Shown: one piece after another, positions 57,397 to 64,000 of the stretch
How positions within the stretch are numbered: the first letter of the stretch is position 1
Layout: the number at the start of each line of letters is the position of its first letter
Origin: an uncultured Acidobacteriaceae bacterium
Lineage (GTDB): Bacteria; Acidobacteriota; Terriglobia; Terriglobales; Acidobacteriaceae
Length of the DNA stretch: 64,000 nt
Assembly (NCBI GenBank): GCA_963806195.1
Contig: CAWDXI010000002.1
Span: forward strand, 1,335,493-1,399,492
Direction of reading: 5' to 3'
Translations under genes and position numbers: made by a program
The notes under the pieces: generated by a model
The model's input: only the letters and a program-made list of their open reading frames with translations
Told to the model about the DNA's origin: nothing
Databases searched by the model: none

Positions 57397-57708
57397 ATGC
57401 AGATCACCAAGGTTGACCCCTACTACTTGCGGGTGCCGATGCGACGAACAGTCGCTGATTCTTTCAACGTCGCCATGCACGTCGGCTTGGCTGGAGTGCT
57501 GTTGTCCAAAGGCAGAGGGCTTGTAGGTAATGGATTCACCGCGACCCTGGCGACCGGCGACGATCTGATCCGCGACACTATCGAACGCTACTATGCGCTG
57601 TTGCTAATGGGGCGTGACCCCCACTATGTGAAGCAAAACTGGCATGACCTCTTGGGAAGGCAAGGCATCACAACCATGGCGATGGCGGCCGTCGATATAA
57701 CTCTCTGA
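57397..57708 (+). pseudogene. N-terminal fragment of an enolase-superfamily (mandelate racemase/muconate lactonizing enzyme type) protein
   Basis: MQITKVDPYYLRVPMRR...GLVGNGFTATLATGDDLIRDTIERYYALLLMGRDPHYVKQNWHDL...TMAMAAVDITL* is the capping-domain pattern ending exactly at the conserved A.DiALWD block. The barrel domain is absent. Confidence 0.6.
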
Positions 57709-58075
57709 CCCGGTGATCAAGATCAGGAGCGTGCAGTAAGGACACCATGCAGAGCGATGTGGAGTATTCCTTCACCCTGGCCACCGACGGCAAGCCTTCT
57801 ACTATGAATTTTCAGGGCACCGATGCAACGAATACTGCTTATTGGACCCAAGATGTTCTGACCGTTGATACAGACACTACGTTCCAAGGCCACTAGACTT
57901 GGCATCAAGAGCCTGTGGAGCTTAAGCGAGGACGGAAAGACCATTACCGTAAACACTCACTTCGCCATCTCTCTTGGCGAACTCGACCAGAAGCTGGTTT
58001 TTTGTCAAACAATGAGATGCTCGTCGCACCGATTCTTCGGCCTCACACCAAATCTCACAAGGGAGAACTTCAACC

Positions 58076-59224
58076 ATGAGACTGACAATTCGTTCGGTGA
58101 CCCCAGTTTTCCTCTTTCTGACGTTTTCGGCATTCTCGCAGGAAGTCCCCAATGACGGCCTGCACAACAGCTTAAGCAATATCTATCGCGTCTCTAACGC
58201 CAAGTCATTTTCCATCAGTCCGGAAAACTTCACCGGCGAGAAAGGTAAGGGCGGAATGGCCACGACGGGGGTCGCCTCCAATCAGGCACGCGATTTAGGC
58301 CAGGGTTGGAAGGTGAATCCTTACGTCATCATCAAACCGGGCGCAACCTTTACCCTCGCCGAGATTAATGGATCCGGAGCCATCGAGCACATCTGGATGA
58401 CGCCGACCGGCAACTGGCGCTTTTCAATTCTCCGCATTTACTGGGATGACGAAACCACTCCTTCGGTCGAAGTGCCCGTCGGCGACTTCTTCGCCGCGGG
58501 CTGGGGAAAATACGCCCGAGTTTCTTCTCTGCCGATTTGCGTCAACCCCGGCAGCGCTTTCAATTCCTACTGGCCCATGCCATTCCGCCACAAGGCCACG
58601 CTTACCATGGAAAACATCGATCAAAAACCCATGGCCGTCTATTACCAGATTGACTACACGCTGGGTGATGTTCCCAAAGACGCCGCCTACTTTCATGCCC
58701 AGTTCCGCCGAGTGAATCCGTTGCCGTTCAAGCAGGTGTACACGATCGTAGACGGCATCAAGGGCAAAGGCCAGTACGTCGGCACTTACATGGCTTGGGG
58801 CGTGCACAACAATGGTTGGTGGGGTGAAGGTGAAATCAAGTTCTACATGGACGGCGACAAGGAATTCCCCACCATTAACGGCACCGGCACCGAAGACTAC
58901 TTCAACGGCTCCTACGATTTTGAGAATCAGACCACACACCAATATGAGGAGTTCACTAGTCCTTATTCTGGTCTGGCGCAGGTCCTCAAGCCCGACGGGC
59001 TTTACCAGACGCAGGAAAGATTTGGCTTGTACCGGTGGCACATCGTTGATCCGGTTCGTTTCGACAGCGATCTGCGGGTGACCATGCAAGACCTCGGCTG
59101 GAGAGAAGGTGGAACCTATCTTCCCCTGCAGGACGATATGTCTTCGGTGGCCTACTGGTATCAGGTCGAACCGCACGCTGCTTTCCCCAAGCTGCCCGCG
59201 AAAGAGCAACTGGAAATCGACTGA
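58076..59224 (+). CDS. Secreted GH172 (DUF2961) family glycoside hydrolase
   Basis: 382 aa: signal peptide, YRVSNAKSFSISPENFTGEKGKGG, GQGWKVNPYVIIKPGATFTLAEINGSGAIEHIWMT, ILRIYWDDE, VPVGDFF, YWPMPF, YYQIDY, GKGQYVGTYMAW, GWWGEGEIKFYMDGD, GTGTEDYF and VAYWYQ. Confidence 0.9.
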   Translation: MRLTIRSVTPVFLFLTFSAFSQEVPNDGLHNSLSNIYRVSNAKSFSISPENFTGEKGKGGMATTGVASNQARDLGQGWKVNPYVIIKPGATFTLAEINGSGAIEHIWMTPTGNWRFSILRIYWDDETTPSVEVPVGDFFAAGWGKYARVSSLPICVNPGSAFNSYWPMPFRHKATLTMENIDQKPMAVYYQIDYTLGDVPKDAAYFHAQFRRVNPLPFKQVYTIVDGIKGKGQYVGTYMAWGVHNNGWWGEGEIKFYMDGDKEFPTINGTGTEDYFNGSYDFENQTTHQYEEFTSPYSGLAQVLKPDGLYQTQERFGLYRWHIVDPVRFDSDLRVTMQDLGWREGGTYLPLQDDMSSVAYWYQVEPHAAFPKLPAKEQLEID

Positions 59225-59384
59225 GTGTATCGGCACGACCGCCCCAGGGAGGTTTGGAGTCCAACTGATAATTTTTGCGGCGCGTCTTTCGGCTCGGTCA
59301 GATAGGCGCACAACCTTATGCAACTCAGGACTTTTGTTCAGGAAAGGGCATTCAAGCACAATCTCAGCTAGTGTCCTGAGTCTA

Positions 59385-60476
59385 TTGAGTATTGAATAAT
59401 ATAGTGACAGACTGTGGGATTTTGTGCTACTCTGCGTTCATGGGAAACCCTGCGGGAGTGCGGCGCGATTTTCAGAAGTTGGAAGAGCGGCGGTTGTTGG
59501 GCGCCCGACTGTTGCGCCAGGGAATGCACCCGGCCGAGGTCGCGCGGCAAGTCGGGGTGCACCGACAGTCGGTCAGTCGCTGGGAGCGGCAACTGCAGCG
59601 GGGCGGAGTGCGGGCGCTGAAGAAGGCCGGGCGCGCCGGGCGCAAAGCGCGCTTACGCCCGGAAGACTTACGGCGCATCGAGCGCGGTCTGAAACGCGGA
59701 CCGGAGGCCCTGGGGTACGAAACCAGCCTGTGGACCTCGTGGCGCGTGGCCCATCTGATCGAGCAGGAATGTAGGGTGAAGTACCACCCTTCGCAAGCTT
59801 GGCGGATTCTGCGGCAACTGGGTTGGAGCTGCCAGCGTCCGGTGGGACGGGCGCTGGAACGCGACGAGGACAAGATCCGGTTCTGGAAGCAGCAGCGTTG
59901 GCCGGAGATTAAAAAAAAGCCCGAAAAGAGGGGCGCACCATCGTCTTCATCGACGAAAGCGGACTGAGCGAGCGCCCACACCGCTGCCGGACCTGGGCGC
60001 CACGGGGACAGACGCCAGTGCTGCAATATCACTTCAACTGGAAGATGCTGTCGGCCATGGCCGGCGTGACCTGGTGGAACTTTTACTTTCGGCTGTTTCC
60101 CGGTGCCATCCGCAGTCCGCAGATCATCGAGTTTCTCACGCATCTGCTGCGCCACATCCCCGGCAAGCTGCTGATCGTCTGGGATGGACTGCCGGGTCAT
60201 CGCAGTCGCGCAACCTGGGAGTTCATCCGAGAGCAGCGCGGGCGCTTGTGGGTGGAGTTTCTTCCCGGTTATGCGCCGGAACTAAATCCGGTCGAGTATC
60301 TGTGGTCGCACTGGAAGCAGCACGAGTTGCCCAACCTGTGCCCGCAGAACTTCGGGCAGTTGAGCCCATATGCTCGCCAAGCGCTCCGCCGGATGCGCCA
60401 AACGGCCTACCTTGGTGATTGCCTTCTGGCGGCAGGCAGAACTGTTTCCGCTGTAACTATATTATGCAATCCTCAA
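59385..60476 (+). mobile_element. IS630/Tc1-family insertion sequence, copy 2 (1,092 bp), inserted 14 bp inside the end of the other IS
   Basis: Same termini as copy 1. TA lies at 59383-84 and 60477-78. It differs from copy 1 by about six substitutions and one extra C near 60390. Confidence 0.9.
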
Positions 60477-60479
60477 TAA
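59440..60479 (+). CDS. Transposase of copy 2 (-1 frameshift at 59913-59919); C-terminal 20 codons altered by a 1-nt insertion
   Basis: Identical organisation to 22031-23046. After ...ARQALRRMR the frame changes (QTAYLGDCLLAAGRTVSAVTILCNPQ* instead of KRPTLVIAFWRQAELFPL*). Confidence 0.8.
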
Positions 60480-61550
60480 TGTTCGTTTACAAAAGCGAGC
60501 GACAGAGTCGAGGATTTGGTCGGCGGACTTGGTCCAGACAAAGGGTTTGGGGTTCGAGTTGTGATGCTCGATGAAGTGGCGGATGGCGTTCTCCAACTGC
60601 AGCGTGCTGCGGTGAACGCCGCGCCGGATCTGTTTTTCGGTCAACTCGGCGAACCAGCGCTCGACCAGGTTCAGCCAGGAGGCCGAAGTCGGAGTGAAGT
60701 GCAGGTGGAAGCGCGGACGTTTGGCGAGCCAGCGGCGGATCAACTGGGTTTTGTGGGTGCCGTAGTTGTCCAGAATGAGGTGAATGTCCAGCTCTGGGGG
60801 CACGTTCTGCTCGATGGTGTCGAGAAATCCGCGGAACTCGCGGGAACGATGCCGCCGATGCAACTGGCCCAGCACATGGCCACTGGCCACGTTGAAAGCC
60901 GCGAACAAGCTGGTGGTGCCATGCCGTTTGTAGTCGTGAGTGCGGCGTTCGATTTGTCCGGGGCGCATGGGCAGCAACGGCGCGCTGCGGTCCAGCGCCT
61001 GAATCTGGCTCTTCTCGTCCACGCACAGCACCAGGGCGCGGTCCGGCGGGTTCAGGTAGAGGCCGACGATGTCGCGGACTTTGTCGATGAACAGCGGGTC
61101 GCGGCTCAGCTTAAAGGCCTGGCTGCGGTGGGGCTGGAGCGAAAAGGCGCGCCAGATGCGGCTGATGCTGCTCTGACTCAGTCCGGTCGCTTGGGCCAGC
61201 GAGCGTGTGGACCAGTGCGTGGCGGCTTGCGGTTGGCTTTCCAAGGTGCGCGCCAGCACGCGTTCCACCGCGACGTTGCTCAAGCGGCGCGGCGTGCCCG
61301 GACGGGGTTCATCGAGCAGCCCGTCGAGGCGGAGAAGGACAAAACGCTGTCGCCACTTGCCCACCGTGGCCAGCGCAACATGCACTCGGCGAGCCACCTC
61401 GGTGTTGCTCCGGCCCTCGGCGCAGAGCAACACGATGCGGGCGCGCAACGCCAACGCCGGCGCGGTCTTGGGACGGCGAGCCCACTCCAACAACCGCTGT
61501 CGTTCGGTAGGGACAAGAGTCAGGGGCGAGAGCGGGCGACCGAGTGCCAT
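60462..61550 (-). CDS. IS630-family transposase (single frame) of the outer IS; last 5 codons replaced by the nested insertion
   Basis: 362 aa. The HTH regions are RSNTEVARRVHVALATVGKWRQRF and STRSLAQATGLSQSSISRIW. The DDE core is LVLCVDEKSQIQAL...HLILDNYGTHK...TPTSASWLNLVERWF. The ORF now ends ...CKRTLLRIA* inside copy 2. Without the insertion it would read ...CKRTLDSGH*. Confidence 0.9.
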   Translation of the reverse strand: MALGRPLSPLTLVPTERQRLLEWARRPKTAPALALRARIVLLCAEGRSNTEVARRVHVALATVGKWRQRFVLLRLDGLLDEPRPGTPRRLSNVAVERVLARTLESQPQAATHWSTRSLAQATGLSQSSISRIWRAFSLQPHRSQAFKLSRDPLFIDKVRDIVGLYLNPPDRALVLCVDEKSQIQALDRSAPLLPMRPGQIERRTHDYKRHGTTSLFAAFNVASGHVLGQLHRRHRSREFRGFLDTIEQNVPPELDIHLILDNYGTHKTQLIRRWLAKRPRFHLHFTPTSASWLNLVERWFAELTEKQIRRGVHRSTLQLENAIRHFIEHHNSNPKPFVWTKSADQILDSVARFCKRTLLRIA

Positions 61551-61777
61551 GCAGTTCCTCCTGCTTATATCAGATGCAGGAAGAGCCGTTAGTTATTCAA
61601 CGAATATTAGACTCAGGACACTAGCCAAAGTTTATTCCGTGATACAGACCTATATGCCGTATCACAGAACTATTTGAGATATAATCTTCCGTGCACTTTG
61701 TCAGGGGTCATTTCCATCACGCCTCAGGGCGATGACCAGGACAACCGGCTGCCCACGAAACCCGTCGACCTACGATC

Positions 61778-62626
61778 ATGAAACTCTATCGAACCGCCTC
61801 CGGCTGCTTTATTGAAGAACAAGACCAGTTTTATACGCCAAGCACTCACTCCAGCGACGGCGACCAGTGGGACTCGCTGATCACACGAGATGATCTGTAC
61901 AGTCACCTGCTGCGAGGAATTCAGGATGGAACCTGGAAACGAGTCGGACTGACCGGGCTCGAGAACATTCTTGCTCCGATCGGAAGTCAGGAAGTATGGG
62001 CCGCCGGAGTGACCTATTATCGCAGCCGCGAGGCGCGTATCGAGGAATCGAAGCAGGCCGGCGGTGGAGGCTTTTATGATCGTGTCTACGATGCCCAGCG
62101 GCCTGAACTCTTCTTCAAAGCTACACCCAATCGCGTGGTCGGACCGGAGGAGGCCGTTGCAATTCGCGACGATTCCACGTGGTCGGTACCCGAGCCTGAA
62201 TTAGCCCTGCTGGTATCTCCGAAAGGAACCATCACTGGATACACAGTGGGCAACGATATGAGCTCGCGCAGTATCGAGGGAGAAAATCCCTTGTATCTGC
62301 CGCAGGCAAAAGTCTACAACCGCTGTTGTGCGCTCGGCCCTTGCTTGTTGTTGGTTGAGACGCCACTGCCGTCGTCGACCGAAATTCGGATGGAAATCTT
62401 GCGGGAGGGAAGACGCGAGTTTCACGGCGCAACTCTGCTGTCCAGCATGAAGCGCGATCCGGCAACATTAGTTCAATATCTTTACCGCAACAACACTTTT
62501 CCTCGCGGCTGTTTTCTGCTTACCGGAACCGGCATAGTACCGCCCGACACCTTCAATCTGAAGGCGGGCGACGAGATTCGAATAACGATCACGGGCATCG
62601 GAATCCTCGTGAACTCGGTCGGTTGA
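61778..62626 (+). CDS. Fumarylacetoacetate-hydrolase-family protein, 2-keto-3-deoxy-D-arabinonate dehydratase (KdaD)-like
   Basis: 282 aa: [90 protein letters not shown] and [10 protein letters not shown]...[12 protein letters not shown]. The architecture and blocks match my recollection of archaeal KdaD. Confidence 0.78.
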   Translation: MKLYRTASGCFIEEQDQFYTPSTHSSDGDQWDSLITRDDLYSHLLRGIQDGTWKRVGLTGLENILAPIGSQEVWAAGVTYYRSREARIEESKQAGGGGFYDRVYDAQRPELFFKATPNRVVGPEEAVAIRDDSTWSVPEPELALLVSPKGTITGYTVGNDMSSRSIEGENPLYLPQAKVYNRCCALGPCLLLVETPLPSSTEIRMEILREGRREFHGATLLSSMKRDPATLVQYLYRNNTFPRGCFLLTGTGIVPPDTFNLKAGDEIRITITGIGILVNSVG

Positions 62627-62920
62627 GTGCCAATTGTCTTCGGCCTTCGGAACGGCTCGTAGCCTTGGATAACTCTTGACCTCACCGGCGAAATTTGTGC
62701 TAGGTGGAAGGAGAACCCACCAAGAAGGAAGACGGTGATGGCGAGGCAAGCACAAAATCGTTTTGCTTGACCGGTGACATCGTACACATCAAATACTCCG
62801 TAGCGGGGTGGAGATTTGTATTCAACTATAACTAAATAATGCAGTTAGATTGGAGTCAAGAACGAAACAGGATTAGGCCATGAGGGCGCAACATGATCTT
62901 GCGAATCGTTATTTTTTAAG

Positions 62921-62950
62921 TTGACAACAGATCAAATCTGCGAGTAATAT
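62921..62950 (+). promoter_or_regulatory. Near-consensus sigma70-type promoter in an AT-rich spacer
   Basis: TTGACA (62921-26), an 18-nt spacer, then TAATAT (62945-50), about 60 nt upstream of the truncated OMP ORF at 63011. Motif match only. Confidence 0.35.
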
Positions 62951-63010
62951 ACGCAGGGATCAGGCCGAGTCGCCGGAATCTTTGAAACTCAAGGGCAACT
63001 CTCCATCGCA

Positions 63011-63193
63011 GTGAGTTTAAGCTTTCTGTTGGTGTCCGCCACATGCTTCGCTCAGCTCACCACCGCGACGATATTAGGCACCGTGACCGATTCAACCGGC
63101 GCAGTGCTTGCGAATGCAAAGGTTGAGATCCAGAACACGGGCACTTCCGCGACGGTGCAATTGATAACGGCTCTCCCGGCCCAAGTGTTATAA
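63011..63193 (+). pseudogene. N-terminal stub (about 50 aa) of a second CarboxypepD_reg/TonB-like outer-membrane protein
   Basis: SLSFLLVSATCFAQLTTATILGTVTDSTGAVLANAKVEIQNTGTSATVQL parallels residues 15-70 of 39268-42327. It then diverges and stops. Confidence 0.6.
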
Positions 63194-63199
63194 ACAGAT

Positions 63200-63396
63200 G
63201 AATATGAAGGAGCGCTCCGCCATCGGACTTCGTCGACAAACCGATATTTTCAGTGTCTTCCCTCTTTGATTTCGACGACCGGCGAAGACAATTACGTCAT
63301 CCTTGATTCTACGGGTCGCGGGAATTACGTCAGTTTTACCTCGTTGTGGATAACATTGCTGGTGGCTGCTATGGCGCCAGTCATCAACGATTATGA
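63200..63396 (+). pseudogene. Internal fragment of another GH172/DUF2961 gene, frameshifted
   Basis: TGEDNYVILDSTGRGNYV then (+1 frame) FYLVVDNIAGGCYGAS. Compare TGDDNYLVLDAAGRGTYVGLFLTVDNLPGGWYGEG in 31645-33024. Its TGA overlaps the uxuA ATG (ATGA). Confidence 0.5.
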
Positions 63397-64000
63397 AAGA
63401 GACATGGCGATGGTTCGGTCCGCAGGATCCAATTTCGCTTGACCAAATCAAGCAAGCCGGGGCGAGCGGAATCGTCACCGCTTTGCACGATAGATACAGT
63501 GGAGAAGCATGGCCACTGCACGAAGTGCTCAAACGCAAGGGCGAAATCGAGGCAGCAGGCCTAGTGTGGTCCGTAGTCGAAAGTATTCCGGTCCACAATT
63601 CCATCAAACTGCGCTCCGGTCCATACCGCCAGTTTATCGAAGCATGGAAGCAGTCGCTGCTCGCGATTGCTGAAGCAGGCATTGAAATTGTTTGCTACAA
63701 CTTCATGCCGGTGCTGGACTGGACAAGAACTGAGCTGAGATGGCGTCTGCCCAGCACAGGTTACGCTCTGCGCTTCGATATGACCGACTTCGCGGCATAT
63801 GACCTGTTTATCCTTAGACGGAAGGACGCGGAACGCGATTATGAGAGTGATCGAGTTGCTTCTGCGCACCGGCGATTTAAGGCAATGTCGGATGCACGCA
63901 TAAGCGACTTGGAAGTTACGATAACTGCGGGCCTGCCGGGTGGTGAAGGATCATACGACCGTGAGAGCCTGCGCCGGTTTCTTGCTGAGTACGCCGGAAT
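63394..64000 (+). CDS. uxuA: Mannonate dehydratase; 3' end runs off the window
   Basis: Absent from the track because it has no stop in the window. MKETWRWFGPQDPISLDQIKQAGASGIVTALH...AGLVWSVVESIPVHNSIK...IVCYNFMPVLDWTRTELRW...ALRFDMTDFAAYD...ITAGLPGGEGSY is colinear with E. coli UxuA as I remember it. Confidence 0.93.

Larger units (their letters stand above)
59371..61621 (-). mobile_element. Second, unrelated IS630-family element (about 1,157 bp of its own sequence) carrying a nested insertion; TA duplication
   Basis: The left end is GTGTCCTGAGTC-TA-[nested IS]-TA-ATGTTCGTTTACAAAAG. The right end is ...GTTATTCAACGAATATTAGACTCAGGACAC (61592-61621), which is the inverted repeat of the reconstituted left end. 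TA lies at 59369-70 and 61622-23. Confidence 0.85.

Noticed and set aside
58424-59359. 311-aa minus-strand ORF. The same applies to 53575-54237, 14348-15076, 16183-16767, 56038-56556 and 40561-41073.
   Set aside because: All are antisense to long ORFs with strong family signatures (GH172, DUF6259-like, phosphoesterases, OMP). None shows motifs of its own.
21976-60476. Two directly oriented, near-identical IS630-type copies bracket 36 kb of catabolic genes. Could this be a composite transposon?
   Set aside because: Each copy has its own TA duplication on both sides. Copy 2 sits inside another IS whose two parts fit together exactly around it, so copy 2 arrived alone and not as the end of a 38-kb unit. 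The pair remains a substrate for homologous deletion or inversion, but there is no evidence that the segment moved as a unit.
60516-61592. 358-aa plus-strand ORF
   Set aside because: It is antisense to the clearly recognisable IS630-family transposase at 60462-61550, and its Ala/Gly/Arg-rich translation has no motifs.
1-64000. CRISPR arrays, rRNA or tRNA genes, prophage structural genes, integron attC sites
   Set aside because: I saw no regularly spaced short repeats, no rRNA-like conserved blocks, no cloverleaf-compatible segments and no capsid, tail or terminase-like translations on either strand.

Overview
This is a 64-kb, moderately GC-rich bacterial chromosomal segment. The gene content suggests Acidobacteriota: CarboxypepD_reg-type TonB-like outer-membrane proteins, a TPR + CRTAC1/ASPIC pair, a TPR-tailed Ser/Thr kinase and many GH172/DUF2961 paralogues. 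That taxonomic call is inference only.

Layout:
(i) 1-6.2 kb holds housekeeping-like genes: a binding protein, a PspA/IM30 operon, a CII-like regulator and a Ser/Thr kinase.
(ii) 6.3-12.5 kb is a mobile-element pile-up. A group II intron has its RT gene split by a 2,745-bp large-serine-recombinase element, and an IS1595-family IS follows.
(iii) 12.7-20 kb is a phosphoesterase (PlcN/AcpA-type) cluster.
(iv) 20-27.7 kb is an eroded accessory patch. It holds a Fic protein (mobile mystery protein B type) with a truncated partner, IS630-family copy 1, a GalT-like HIT protein, MreB, a small-ORF/HicA-like/caspase module, and antitoxin and integrase relics.
(v) 27.7-38 kb is a long minus-strand sugar-acid catabolic operon: acyl-CoA ligase, UxaA-family dehydratase, GH172, HpcH aldolase, IclR, cyclase and SDR.
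(vi) 38-47 kb holds mobile-element and restriction-enzyme relics plus a TonB-like OMP / TPR / CRTAC1 trio.
(vii) 47-64 kb is a carbohydrate locus (KGSADH, two DUF6259-like proteins, GH172, a KdaD-like FAH protein, UxuA). It is riddled with pseudogenes and carries an IS630-in-IS630 nested insertion.

I saw no rRNA, tRNA or CRISPR array. All family names come from reading the translations and from memory of those families. No database search was possible.

The candidates most worth a second look are the serine-recombinase element, whose accessory ORF only gains a start codon across the circle junction, and the small-ORF/HicA-like/caspase module.
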